From: an uncultured Nitrososphaerota archaeon
GTDB taxonomy: Archaea; Thermoproteota; Nitrososphaeria; Nitrososphaerales; CADDZS01
NCBI GenBank assembly: GCA_963799845.1
Contig: CAWCYI010000002.1
Span: 1-36,319 of the forward strand
Direction of reading: 5' to 3'
DNA: 36,319 nucleotides
The notes beneath the pieces were generated by a model, which saw only the letters and a list, made by a program, of their open reading frames with translations, ran no database searches and was not told the origin of the DNA. Positions within the stretch are counted from its first letter, which is position 1. Every line of letters begins with the position of its first letter. Shown in pieces: positions 19,553 through 32,196 of this stretch. The translations under genes and the position numbers were made by a program.

Positions 19553-19747
19553 TTGAGATTATCGTTAATTCTCATCCTTGTTGTCTGGGCTACCCTAGAC
19601 ATAATTCTTGTGTTGTATTTGAATAGTGTGCAATCGAACTCAGGGAGTGTTCAAGAAGATCTTGTCGTCGGGTTGACCGCTGTTAATCTGTTCATGGGGC
19701 TTCTCTGGCAATCAAACTATAGAAGCACTGGCTCTCCTCAGTCATAG
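19553..19747 (+). CDS. Small two-TM membrane protein
   Basis: Two hydrophobic helices; TATA-like TTTAAT ~40 nt upstream. Confidence 0.45.
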   Translation: MRLSLILILVVWATLDIILVLYLNSVQSNSGSVQEDLVVGLTAVNLFMGLLWQSNYRSTGSPQS

Positions 19748-19874
19748 TTTCAACACTGACCGGCATTCAGTTTCTAATGAGCTGGAAATTTTCACCCAGA
19801 TTGGAACGCGCAGTTTTTCACCCAGCAACGTGCAGGAACCGAAATAACTTAGTTTAAGAAAGAATCCGTATCTC

Positions 19875-20450
19875 CTATTGCACTTTACATCCAGCAGGGA
19901 CCGGAACTACGAAATAACTCCTGCCTATCTCATCGATTTTGGTAGTAGTTAAGCCAGTAGGGGTGCTGACCGTGATATTTGTCGACTTGTCGAGTGAAGT
20001 ATTGGTAAATTGGGCGTTGGCAATCGATACATTTTGGGCTTCAGCATTAGGGTTACCTGAAGGATTGTACAGATATGTGGCATTGTAAATTCCAATACCT
20101 ACCGTAATGTTTTGTCCAATTCGAAAGGGACCAGCACAGCCGAGGTACGTCTGCGTGAAAGTTGCATTCGTGGCCGGAACAAATACTGTGACATTGAGTT
20201 TGGGCTGCCGCCCCAATCCGAAAAACCATCCCGAAGCCGAGTAAAGTTGGATCCCGACAACGTTTCCGGGAACCGGTCCGCCTACGCCTTCGCAGGGCAA
20301 TTCGTCAGGATTGATTTGGTAGCAAGCCAAGTTTCCACCATTGCTGCCTATCATATTGTAATCATAAGCGTGAAGCAAGTAAATGATGCCGCCTAGAGCT
20401 AAGAGTATTAGCACTACAATCACAATGACTAACTTTGCTATGTTTTTCAA
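19875..20450 (-). CDS. Membrane-anchored exported protein
   Basis: N-terminal TM LVIVIVVLILLALGGIIYLL, four Cys, several N-x-S/T sequons. Confidence 0.7.
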   Translation of the reverse strand: MKNIAKLVIVIVVLILLALGGIIYLLHAYDYNMIGSNGGNLACYQINPDELPCEGVGGPVPGNVVGIQLYSASGWFFGLGRQPKLNVTVFVPATNATFTQTYLGCAGPFRIGQNITVGIGIYNATYLYNPSGNPNAEAQNVSIANAQFTNTSLDKSTNITVSTPTGLTTTKIDEIGRSYFVVPVPAGCKVQ

Positions 20451-20926
20451 ATGGCATACCTCAGAAGAATTTGGGCGTCTTTAGTAAGCAGACTGAAACA
20501 CAAGCAAGCAGGAGCGCAGTTGTGTTTGGGATTAGCCGACCATAACCCCTGCCGATCGCAAAGTAAAGAAATTGTTTTTGCAATCTGATTTTCAATTTCT
20601 TCAGAGAATAATTGGGAGGCGATCGTTTCGAACATGCTGAACTCTCTAATGTGTAAAGGCCAGAAGGCTGATAAGAATGTTTCCGTAAATAGTCGCATTC
20701 GTTTTTGGAAAAAAATACCATAATGTATTCCAGTCCGTCCTTTACAAGAAAAAGATCCCAGATGGTGGACTACTCGCTAACGGCATTACTAGCGCGGTTT
20801 TGCTCAGATTGCGTCGCGTCCAAACCAGAAGATCTCGAAAATAACTTCTAGTGATTATCTCAGTTTCCACAACGGTTGAAGACGAAGTGAATGTAATTTT
20901 CTCCTACCCAAACGGATTAGCATATG

Positions 20927-23900
20927 CTAGAAATGTCGCTTTTCGATTGCGTTGTCTAAACCGAATAATATCCGGTGCAGATGGACGCCGATGATTAGGA
21001 CAGTTTCGGAAAGATAAACGATACCCTGAAATGGTAAATTATCATGATTTATTTCGTTACTGTCAAAATCTGGACTCAAACTAGGCGAAATAATCGGTGT
21101 CGTGAGACATAACAATCCGACAAAATCGCCAGAAATCCAAGTACCACTATTACGGTAGTCCTCTTGGTTATTGCGATTGCCAAAGTTCACTTTACAGTCG
21201 ACATCGTTTGAATTGTTCCCGGTCTGACGCTGCCATTTAGTTGGGGGTGTAGATTACATCCCAAGTGACTTTCGTTGTCTCGAGAGCATAGTTTAGAAAC
21301 TCAGTAAGTAGGTATACTGTAGGCCAGAGGATACCTGTGGTGTATAGAAGGTCAGTGTCCTTTGGATTTGTGGTGCGTATTACCGTAGTATAATGGTAAT
21401 CAGTCGCAACGTAGGAGTATTGAAAATGAATGTAATAGAACACTATGCCGGCCGTAAGTTCCCAAATATCAAATCCGGGGACATATGTACTGAATGGGCC
21501 TAGAGTTCCACCCTCAATACTATTATGGCCTGAAGGATCTACTAAGGTTTCAGGATTGTCATTCGAATAGGAGTAACGATTGTCCCCTGGGGTTATCATG
21601 GATGACTGATTCGTGTCTTCCGTCAAGAATCTTTGGATGTCAGGATTGTAGAATCTCGCTTTGTAGTAATACAGGCCTGTGGTCGGATCAAGAATCTGAC
21701 CGGTGTAAGATAGCCCTTCCAATCCAGTCGAATTGAGTAGCAGGCCATATGGCTTATAGTCTGAGCTGAAAACTATCCCGCCAGAAGCGTTGACGACCAA
21801 CCTAGTGCTATGTAACTCGTCGGACAGATAGTAGAAAGAAGATGATCCAACATTCTTGGCAACTTGCTGTCCTCCTATGTAGTACAGGTCTGTTTTTATT
21901 CCGCTCGTCAAATTCTTTTCGAAAACGATATTCAGCCCCTGGTAAACGTAGACAATCGTGCTGCCGTTAGCTGTCTGTGAGACTCTCTTTCCATCTGCCG
22001 TGTATGAATTGTTCTGGACTGTAACACCATTTTTCGAAATGCCAGTCAACCGATCTTCATAATCATAGTAGTATTTCCAGGTATTGGAACCGTTGACCAT
22101 TTTTATTGTATTTCCATTCAGATCGTAGGTGAAATTGACGCCACCGGCTGACTTAAGGCGATTGTAAGATCCATAGGAATAAGAGATCGTCGCGCTGCCT
22201 TGTTTCGTTGTCAATATGTTTCCTGCGCCGTCGTAGGTATAATTTAGGGTTCCCCATGACCCCACCGCTGAAGACAGTTCATTGAGCCAGTTGTAAGTGA
22301 AATTTTCTGTATCAATAGACTCCACGCTCCCCACACCATCGTAGGTATAATTAAGATCGAGTAATTTGGAAATCCCATCTTTTGAAAGAATTCGTGTAAT
22401 TTGATCTCTCGAATTGTACGAATATGTCGAATTAACTCCATTGGCGTATGAAATGGAATTGATTTGGTTAGTTGATGTAAAAGTAAGATTAGCATAGCTC
22501 CCCACGCGGGTAAGTCGATTTAGAAAATCGTACGTAAATGAAATGTTAGATCCGTCCGGATAAGTCATGGCAACGATGTTGCTCGCTTTATCGTGCGAGT
22601 ACAGTAATGAGTAACTGGTGCCATTGATAACTGTAGTCTCGTTTGTCAATCTATTTCTAGAGTCATAACTATCCAAGATCTTCATACTACCGTAAATCAT
22701 CGATAGCCTATTGTTATCACCATCGTAGAGGTACTTAACAGTCGCACCTCCGGGATAAGTGACATTGGATAGACGATCCAACTCATCGTACGAATACGAG
22801 ATGGTTGAGCCGTTGGGAGTGGTCGCAGACAGGATATTGTCTACGCCATCGTAGGTCATACTTTGGTTTGTCCCGTCAGGGTACGAGCTGAGAGAAAGAC
22901 GGTTCAAATCATCGTATTTGTAAGTGGTCACTTCGCCATTTGCATCCTTCACTGTGAGCAAATTGCCTATCTGATCGTAAGTATAATTCGTCATATAGTA
23001 ACTACTTGATGCATTGTACTGTCTAACCGAAACTATACGCCCATCCAGATCATCAATATACTCGGTAGGATGCCCATTCTCATCAGTAATCGTGTAGTTG
23101 CTGAATGGAATATTGTACGTAGTTGTGATCTTAGTACTATCGGGATTTGTGACTGCATAAAGCCTAGCTAATGAATCGTATGAATATTGTGTGACTCCTG
23201 AACTACCAGTCACTGACGTGGGTTGGGCAAGCCAAGTGTAAGTATAATTGTTTGTAGTATAGATTCGCGAACCATTATAATACGCAGTTTGGTTGATCCT
23301 GCCCAGACCATCATAATGGTAAGTCACATTGTTGCCATCCGGATCTGTCATGGTGTAGTAATCTTTCGAGTCGTAATACGAAACTGTCGATACCGCGGCC
23401 ACCCCTCCAACCAACGGGTACACCGTCGAAGTCTGTCTCCCGATATTGTCGTAAGTGTAGGAGGTATTAAATCCATCAGGATCTTTTTCTGACGATAATA
23501 GACCAAGAGTAATGTTGTAGCTATAGGTCGTAGAGACGTTAGCCCCGTTTACCAATATGCTGGATTGAGTCATGTATCCGCTATGGTAAGAGGTGGAATA
23601 CTGGTATTGTAAGGTCCTGTTTAGTGTATCAGTCATGGTAAGCTGGTTTCCATACTTGTCGTATGTGAAAGACATCAAAAGCCAAGTGTTCGTCCCGCCA
23701 ACGTTGTGAAGCTCTTTTGCCTGAATTCAGCTCCCCTGCCGAATTATATTCATAATAAGTCTCTTGTGCGGAGGATCCGGGTCCGTTTTGGAAATCGGCT
23801 TGTCCAAGGAGAAGATCATGTATCTCTGGATTTATAGAATTGCTATAGAAGCTATTTGTGAATCCAGAGGATCCCGGAAAAGAATTACTTGTATTAGTAT

Positions 23901-26900
23901 TCGAGTAGGAATACCAAGTTTCGTGTCCTAATGCATCTTCAGTAAAGATGACGTTGCCCCAGTTGTCATACTTTACATTTGAGGAAGAGACCACGCTGTT
24001 CGATGATGACAACAGCTGACTTTCATTTTCATCGTATGATGGATTGAAAAAGGACTTCTGATTGTCAATTAATTGGGAACTTGCGTTTTTGATATTGACT
24101 AACTGTACGCTAGACCCGGTAAAGCTGAAGTTGAGGTTATTCTCTTCGGTTCCAGAACCAGTAGCCGTCGTCGTGTTGACCCACTTAATCTGGCCATTCA
24201 CGATGTGATAGGAAAAGCTGGTACTATTGGTGAGAGAAGAACTCGAAGTAGTAGTGTATGCGTTCTGTTGCGTTGCGTAATAAGTAAGCACATTAATCCC
24301 TGACGAAGCGTTACCGTACACATAACCTGTCTTACCTCCTGTCGGATAAATAACGTTCTGCATCAACCAGGGGTTGCCAGACCAATAGTGGTATTGGGTC
24401 AATCGTCCAAGAGGATCAGTTACGTTGTTTAGTTTCCCATTTGACGAATAAGCGTAAGACCAGGTGCGTCCACCATTGGTAATGTTTGCAATCTCCAGGT
24501 TGCTGTTGTACTTGAAAGTCACTACTCTACCTACGTCGTCAGTAATGTTTGATATTCCGTTCGCCGAATATGCGAATGTTATCGAGTTATTCCCGGTGCT
24601 GTCTGTAATAGTGGTTAGCTGTTTTTGCGTATTGAACTTGTAAGTAGTACCCGAAGCGTCATAGAGGGTAAACGTGCCGTTGGTGTTTGCATACAGGGCG
24701 AAGTTCACTGTTTTGTGGTTAATGAAGACATTTCCCGTCCAGTTGTAAGCGAAGACTTCCCCATTCATCAGGTGAAGATAATATGGTCCTAACCAAGGGA
24801 AATTGAGAGACCAACCTAATCCAATATTTGCGAGCGTGTAATTATCATACTCAAATGGCGTGTTCGCGCTTGATAGGAAGGCATAAGGTGTCGAATATAC
24901 TCGCGATATGCTAAGGTCAAGCCCGTTCCTACCGGGCAGTGTTAGATCCGTTTGAATAACGCCGACCAGACCGTTTCCTGGTGAGACGGACTCATCAAGT
25001 TGGCTGAAGTAGGATTCGTAAGGGGATAGTCCGGGTTGGCTCCAGGGAAGCGGGTCGCTCGCGGCGGTTGGGATAATCGCGGGCTCGGACATGAATTCAA
25101 TGTTGTACGGCGAGCTCGAGCCAGAGGTCCATCCCATTAGGAACTCATTGGACTCAATTGACAATGATGGGGATAGGAATTGTTGAGTGTTCGATGTTGA
25201 GAATCCCGTTATCGGTTCGCTCCAACTCCCACCAGAATTGGAGGATGTTACATACTGTAACACACTCGAATTGATCAGATAAGACATGACGAGTTCCTTA
25301 TTCGCGTCGGAACTTATGCCTGCGTAAGTCTTACTTACACTCGATGTTGCAATGGTGACTGATGATGGCCATGAGCCTGAGCCATATGAGAAGGGATAAT
25401 AGTAAACATCCACCCCTCCTGTTACAGCCAGTTCAACAGTGTCCCCCAATGCCACGGCGGAGGAACGGTCCATATACAATGTGGTCCTAGAAGTCGAAAC
25501 AGCAGAACTCCATGAACTTCCAGAGAATTCGCGTATGCTGATCGCAGTTTGTGTGCTGGCTGCCCCTCCATAAAGGAGGGCGACTTTGCCACTAGTGAGA
25601 GGAACTATCTGGGTTGCATAGGACCCAGTCATCCCGGTTATATTGAGCTTATTCGCCCATGTGTTTGTAGCCAAGTTGCTAGACTTGAATACTTCTATTT
25701 TGTTACTGGGAACAACCTCGAACTCGGAGACCCACAAATTACCGCTAGAATCAAGGGCCATCGAACCCTGTTGGACACCTGAATTGCCAGTCGTTACAGA
25801 TTTCTGATATGTCCAGGTAACGGTTCCATTACTTTGCATAGTACCATCACCCCACCAGAATTTAGATTGTGAGCTGAGAATCGATCGATCCTTCGTAATA
25901 GACGCTAGTTCCCGAACAGTACATAGAAAACGGACCCGCGAAATTTGTTGCAATTTGACTCGTGAAGTTCTGAGTGGAGCTCCATGTAGAGCCATTCGTA
26001 CTAGTTCGGTAAACCGGAGTGTTGCTTGCATCTCCATAGTAGAACCAGTAGAGGCCATTCGCTTGGCAAACATGATCGCTGTAATCATCATTTGTAGCAT
26101 GACTGGTGGTCGAAGTTCCGATTACTGTTGGGTCGATAGTAAAGTTCGTCCCTACTAGATAAGAAAGGGAGTTTGTTACGTTATTGAAAACAGGATTTAG
26201 ATTGCTGCTGTCATTCCAGTCGAATCCGAGAGATACCGGGCTGACTGGTGTAGAAGAGTTTTGTTGAACATTTAATTTGGTGGTCTCGAACCAAGCAGTG
26301 TCATTGATTACACTTGTTGGAATTGTGTTAAAGGCAAATGCAATTGTTCCTGAATTGGACATGCCCCAATTTTCATTTCCAGTTATTGTAATTTCAAGTC
26401 CTGAAGGCTTGCAAAACTGAGTCGTAGAGTCGAAGATAATAGATACATTCGACTGTTGTTGTCCTCCGCTAGATACCAAATAGTTGAGTATGGCATAACT
26501 AGAGTTCGATAGAAGTGTTGTGGAAAGAGTTCCGTTGGGTGCCTGAACTCCTAAAATGTTTAGAGCGAAATGATTTCCGAATCCATCTTCAACGGACATC
26601 GTGCCATTCGAGTAGACAGTATAATTTTGTTGTATGAAACCCCCCGAAGACCCGAACATGAACAATTGAGTTGGAATTTCGACTGACGTTGACCAGTTGT
26701 TTTGAGTTGTTGATAGCGGTTGAGATACCTCTTTAGAGAGTGAGCAAGACAGCGCTAGCGAATTATTCCAAGTATTCTGATAACTTACTTTTCCAGGCTG
26801 TAAAAGAGTCGAATTAGTTTGAATCGCGCTTTGCTGGATTGAGGTTGCTTGATGAACAAGTAGTGAGTTCCCTCCAAAAGCGAAAATGGGAAGCAACGAT

Positions 26901-27028
26901 CCTAGCACTGTTCCAGGACCTCCGATGCTTACTGCTTGTGACGCAAGCATCAGTGTAAACACCATAAGAGCTAAACTCTTGACGACAAAACCAATTCCGT
27001 TCTTCCGCTTGTCTCCAAAACCCCGCAT
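20927..27028 (-). CDS. Large Rhs/YD-repeat protein (~2030 aa) with signal peptide; three frameshifts (~25880, ~23726, ~21245)
   Basis: Signal peptide; Asp-box-like RTSTNGSTWS and TSSNSGGSWS; VSPGNG..DLTLPGRNGLDLSISRVYS..GLGWSL pre-repeat domain; many YxYD repeats; core end GLYYYKARFYNPDIQRFLTED..NRYSY..NPETLVDPSG. ORFs 25862..27028, 23629..26100, 21237..23678 and 20927..21190 join with small indel corrections. Confidence 0.9.
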
Positions 27029-27238
27029 AACGAACGAGTAATTAGGCGAAATAAGGATCTATTTGATAGTGATGAATACAAAGTATGACAAGTGCTTGTT
27101 TCGAAAATGTAACAATTGGAATTCCATTTGATAAATTGAGTTTTCTCAATACATTCTTTATTTCGCAATATATTCGATATCGTTTTTTCAAAAAGAGATT
27201 GTTTTTAAGCTGTCGATAGTCTTCCCTTCTGAGTCTCC

Positions 27239-27811
27239 GTGTCAAACTCCAAGACGACCCTGAAAACTTTTCGTTTTGACTCGGAATTAGCGATGAGGCT
27301 TTCCAAAACAGCAAGAAACCTCGGAATGAGCGAAAATGAATACGTAATCAAGAGATTATCAACTTTCATTATTTTAGAACCTTTACTCCAGAATATGGGT
27401 GGAATCTGGTTAAGCAATCCCCTATTCCAAGAGATAATCTCCCAATTGGATCCCACACCCTTGCAGATACTTGCCTCTGAAATCGCAATCAACAATGTCC
27501 CGCTTGTCTTTGATCTGCTTGATTACGATTTGTCGTCCGCATCGATAATCCGTTTCATGAAAGAAATTCTTGAAACCCTGGGGTGGTTCAAGATGGAAAC
27601 TCTAGTGTCGGAAACATTTCTCGATTACAAACTTTTCCACAAATTTAACAAGAAATGGTCATTGTTCGTCAAATGTTTGCTTTTGAGCATGTTCGAAATG
27701 GTTCATGAAAATCCAGAAATAATTTTTTCAGACAAAGTAGTCAAAATCAGGGTTCTGCAGAAAATCTCTGGACATTCAGATGAAGAATATGAACTTGTAA
27801 ATGCAAGTTAG
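27239..27811 (+). CDS. RHH-domain regulator with thaumarchaeal-type alpha/beta C-terminal domain (paralogue 1)
   Basis: KTFRFDSELAMRLSKTARNLGMSENEYV (RHH); LFHKFNKKWSLF motif. Confidence 0.75.
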   Translation: MSNSKTTLKTFRFDSELAMRLSKTARNLGMSENEYVIKRLSTFIILEPLLQNMGGIWLSNPLFQEIISQLDPTPLQILASEIAINNVPLVFDLLDYDLSSASIIRFMKEILETLGWFKMETLVSETFLDYKLFHKFNKKWSLFVKCLLLSMFEMVHENPEIIFSDKVVKIRVLQKISGHSDEEYELVNAS

Positions 27812-27951
27812 TTTGGATACGACTTCTCACACTCCGCCCATTCCCTTCTCGTCTCATTTCGCCTGTTCACTCTACCACAATAGACGTAACCAAATCGAAG
27901 ATAGCAAAGGTTGTTATCTATCGATCATCCAGCTATCCATTTGAAAGCTGT

Positions 27952-28191
27952 GTGGCCGCTAGTCGAACGAACATTGTGAATTTTGCAAATGGCCGCGCCA
28001 TCGGTCTTGGTCTTGGGGTTCTGGACTTCATACTCGGAGCTTTCGCTTCTGGCGACTCACCCGCACCTTTTCCTTTTCCAGCTCCTATTGCACTGAATTT
28101 TATTCTTGGCTGTTGGCTTAAGAAAAGAGGGAAGATTGATCTTGGGAAATCGATGATAATAGGCGGATCTGTGTTTTCCGCAGGACTTTAG
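27952..28191 (+). CDS. Small membrane protein
   Basis: Three short hydrophobic segments; no recognisable family. Confidence 0.4.
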   Translation: MAASRTNIVNFANGRAIGLGLGVLDFILGAFASGDSPAPFPFPAPIALNFILGCWLKKRGKIDLGKSMIIGGSVFSAGL

Positions 28192-28342
28192 TACTTAATT
28201 TTGTTCTATCCAAGATAGAACTTTTCGAGCCACTTGTCCCCGACTTGCTTCAGCCGAGTCCTTTTACCTCCAAGACCATGAGATCAAAATAACCTGTCTT
28301 CGTCAAGCCGACTCAGCTGATTATAATTTAGGACAATCGATC

Positions 28343-28854
28343 TTAGGAGCTCGAATTCGTAATCCCCACAACCTCAGAATATGGCAAGCCTGGATTGGTT
28401 TCTGTAGCTGGAATATTATGGCAGGATGACATTACGACAGTATTCGGAGTATTCCCAACTTGAAGGTTCACGTAAATTCCGTAAGCAAATATAATATCAC
28501 TTGGGTAGAGTCCACTCGAAAGTCCGATTTCATATATCCCGCTAGGCGCAAATCCCAATGAATGGATCGTGTAAGTAACCGAGGTTCCCTCATTCTCCAT
28601 TTGCGAACCACTTCTCTGAATCTGACGAATGCTAGCAGAGATTGAAAAAAGATGAGTTGACATTGCTGAGCGTTCCTGATGATTGCACTGGAGTATGCCT
28701 TTGGGGTTTCTCTCCGACGAACTACATCTTCGCCCTCTGTTTCCAATATAGCCAATGGATCGGAAATTGTTCCATGCAAATATAAGGAACATTCTAAGCA
28801 TACACTTACGGCATATGTCGATACTATAACAAAGGAACCATAAGCATTTATCAT
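28343..28854 (-). pseudogene. Remnant of an exported beta-rich protein
   Basis: Only the C-terminal part is protein-like (VTYTIHSLGFAPSGIYEIGL..VNLQVG..PYSEVVGITNS); upstream frames are scrambled. Confidence 0.35.
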
Positions 28855-29045
28855 GATAGGGTAATCCGATCTGATCTTATTTCATACCGAAGTAATACGA
28901 GATGAGATAACGTTGCCGGGCAGAAAACTGGATTGGATTGCCTGGGCGCGTGATCTAAAAGTGCAAGGGTGATATGATAGCTATAGAATTTGGCTGTGAG
29001 CTTTGGACTGAGATCCTCAAAGAGTGGCCTAGGTACTGATTCGAA

Positions 29046-29591
29046 ATGTCAAGCAATAAAACTGTAATGAAATCGTTCAGGATGAGTCCTAACCTCGCGG
29101 CTCAACTGTCGAAGGCTGCGAGAAAATTAGGAATTAGCGAAACCGATTATATCTCGAAGCTTCTCTTGAAATCAATGACCTTGGAACCGATGTATCGAAA
29201 GATCGGTGGAATCGGTATGAGCAAATCACTTTTTCAAAGAATAATCAACCAGTTAGATCAATCAACATTAGAGATTATTGCATCCGAAATAGCTCAGAAC
29301 AACGCGCCCTATGCGTTTGAATTGTTGGATCTGGAATTGAACCAAACATCTATGATCTGGTTTTTGCGAGAGGTTCTTCAGAATTTGGAATGGTTCACGT
29401 TCGAAGAATTAGAACATGAATCGATCATAGAACTGAAACTATTCCATTCCTTCGACGAAAAATGGTCTTTATTCCTCAAATCTTGTTTGACTAGTCTGTT
29501 TCGATTAGTCCACGCAGAGCCTGAAATTACTACTTCAGAAAGATTGGTAAGAGTAATGTTGAGAAAAAAATCTGTATTTGATTTCAGATAG
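29046..29591 (+). CDS. RHH-domain regulator (paralogue 2)
   Basis: Colinear with 27239..27811 (KSFRM, LEP, GGI, LFQxII.QLD, ASEIA.NN.P, KLFH.F..KWSLF). Confidence 0.78.
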   Translation: MSSNKTVMKSFRMSPNLAAQLSKAARKLGISETDYISKLLLKSMTLEPMYRKIGGIGMSKSLFQRIINQLDQSTLEIIASEIAQNNAPYAFELLDLELNQTSMIWFLREVLQNLEWFTFEELEHESIIELKLFHSFDEKWSLFLKSCLTSLFRLVHAEPEITTSERLVRVMLRKKSVFDFR

Positions 29592-29689
29592 CGCCTGGAC
29601 CATCTGGAATCGTCAAAGGTTTAATCGCGGCTCTATCCCGTTAGAATTAACTGGGACCGACTAGGAAGTTCTGAGTATTCTGAATTGTA

Positions 29690-30284
29690 TTGACCAGGCT
29701 GTTTACCATTGATTTCTTGTTTATGAAGGAGGGACTCAGTTTGGTATAATACTGTAGAATCGTTGCTGGCAATGTCTCCCGTGCTCTCGATTACTATGCT
29801 GATTGGGATGTTTGCTCACGAAACTCTGAGCGATCTATGTGTGCCTGACATAATGCCAAGATTTTGATTTCTTTAGAATGTCTGTGGTCCGGCGTTGGAT
29901 TATTCTTTCAACAGTCTTTGAGGGCATATCGAAGAATTTCGGGCTCTTCGTGTCCTCTGGCACATTCCAGTATCTTTTGAGACAGTTCAGGACTGTTTCG
30001 GGCACGTAGATCTTGCGATACCTTCCTTTCTTTTGGTCCCAGACATTCGCAAAGCCCTCGCCATCTGATCGAACTATAATCAAAGCATAGCTGTCCGACT
30101 CGTACACCAGAGTAAAGCCGAACAAGAGAAAAGTGTAATCTTTGAGGTTACCGATCTTGTTTAGTAGAAATTCAACTTCTTGTTTTGAAAGTGGATCGTT
30201 CGGGCTTTCTCTAAAGGAGGGCGAGGCTTGCGGTCGAACCGAAGGAGCTGCTATCCTGTCGACGCGGATTTTACTCAGCTCCAT
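29690..30284 (-). pseudogene. Decayed tyrosine recombinase (catalytic domain)
   Basis: PLSKQEV..KDY; SGVRV in a shifted frame; DQKKGRYR; WHYVRHT followed by TAG at 29835; then NIPISIV..TGD..TILQYYT in shifted frames. The 3' end is approximate. Confidence 0.8.
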
Positions 30285-30449
30285 ACAGTCAGAGCCTAGT
30301 ACCAGGATCAAAATTATTCATGATGCTCATTTCTAGTCACGGACGGTACAAAAATTTCACCCGCGGGGGCCTCCAGACAAGAATTGATTCCCGCGATTGA
30401 TTTCGATATTCCTTGAGTCCGTCTTCGTGTTGTTGGTTCACTAAAGAGA

Positions 30450-32196
30450 CTAACAAATCGGGATTGAATCTTCTATGGAAGAGAAATCGTAGATTGTAAC
30501 GGCTGCACAGGTTACAGTTCCTGGAATGATTTCACCCGATCCTGCAGCCCATATCGAATTACTGTTTCCGGGAATCATACTCAGCGCAGTCAACTCTGAA
30601 ATGTTGACGGTCCCCAAGACTTCGACAGTTCGGGTACCAGAAGAATTTCCAGCTAGACTAATCAGTTGTACATCAGAATAATTGGATAGGAAAGCGAAAT
30701 TTGAGAGCAACATGAACGAACCATTTTGCGATATTTCAGCAGCCGGATATTGAGTATCATTTAGCAATAAGTCTCCATTAGAATCAAACAACAATGAGCC
30801 ATAATCCTCTCCAACTAGGAGTTGGGAGCCATCACTGCTCATTACGACCGGCTTATTGTCGCCGAACGTATCATGTTGCCAAAGTAATGTTCCGTTTCCA
30901 TTAAAGTAATAGATTATCCCTTTGTTGGAGGCATCAGAAGTTGCAGCCGCAACGTAAGAACCATTGTTTGCAATCCCGACAAAACTGATCTCTTCTTGAT
31001 CGGGATCGGTAACTGTGTAATTCCATAGTAACTGCCCATGTGGACCGAAATAATCGAGTTTTGAATTGATATCGGTAGCATTCGCATTTTCAGAAGTGAA
31101 TCCGACGATCAAATTTGTTCCATCATCCGACGTTTTCAATCCAACCACTTGTCCAGGAATGGAGAAGTTTTTCATCACGTTCCCAGAATCCGACACGTAC
31201 AAAACTGTTTGTTGGTAACCCACAACAACAATTGAACCATTTGTTGATAGCGCTGTGCCAGCAACGGACTGAGGATTGTTGAGATCCCAAATCAATTTGC
31301 CTTGTCTGTCCAAGAAATAGACAACACTTCCTTCGCTATTCGACCCAACCACTTTGTAGCAGGTTACTAAGATGTACGAGCCATTGTCTGAAATAGTCGC
31401 AGAAGAGATCGGACCTTCTGTATCGAAACTCCACAAGACTTTTGTCTGATACAGCGACACAAAGTAAATAGTCCCATTCAGCTGATTCAGACTAGTCCCG
31501 GCCGCTACCAAGTAAGCCCCATCCGGACTTACGGCAAGCGAGTTCAGTTGTTGATTTTGAAACTGACTCGCGTTACTTTCACTCGAAAAAAGCTGGGAGC
31601 TTATGAAGTCCCACATCTCGCTTGAAATAAGCCATTCAGTTCCAGTAAAAGAATACACGATCTGAGCATGGACGGTTGCATTAATTGAGAATACATTCTT
31701 GTTATCTTCAACTAAATACAGTGTTGCATTTACACAGGCCTTAGTGTTTTCTCTATTCTGGTTTTCCGAATATGTCGAATTCGCTAACGAGAGTGAAATT
31801 GCGTCGTCGAGAAACCCGGACCAAAGAATGCTAATATTTGCAATATTCTTGTACGTAGTTCCGAATCTTCCTTCTGTATTCCCTATCCAATTAACGGTGG
31901 AATTTTCTTCGTAGTCGTTCAATAATAGGGCGACATCGAGAGATTTCAACTCTCGAAGATGGCTCGCGAAACTGTTGGAAACTAATTGCGAGTAGAAATC
32001 TGAAGATACAAGATCCGAATTAGCTGTGATTGTAGTTGTAGACAATTCAATTTGGGTCTGGTGATTAGTAACTGTCTGTGTCGTCGGATATCTAGTAGAA
32101 TTCTGTTTATATAGCAGCACCCCTTCAGAAGTAGCAAGTATTAGGAATATTACCGCTACAACTGCAATTACTATCGTTATTCTATTCGTTCTTCAC
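30450..32196 (-). CDS. Membrane-anchored surface protein: NTF2-like domain plus WD40/PQQ-like beta-propeller
   Basis: An in-frame TM segment (ITIVIAVVAVIFLILA) lies upstream of the called start 32120; the true start is probably GTG 32196 via a 1-nt indel. HLRELKSLDVALLLNDY..WLISSEMWDF; repeats SLAVSPDGAYLVAA, ISDNGSYI, GKLIW, GQLLW, GTLLW. Confidence 0.75.

Noticed and set aside
20461-20721. Rhs immunity gene or PPOX-like remnant
   Set aside because: It lies ~200 bp from the Rhs end and only the first ~13 residues look protein-like; insufficient support.
30355-30375. tRNA 3'-end/att-like sequence ending CTCCA next to the decayed integrase
   Set aside because: No GTTCRA T-loop or cloverleaf, and no second copy in the window.
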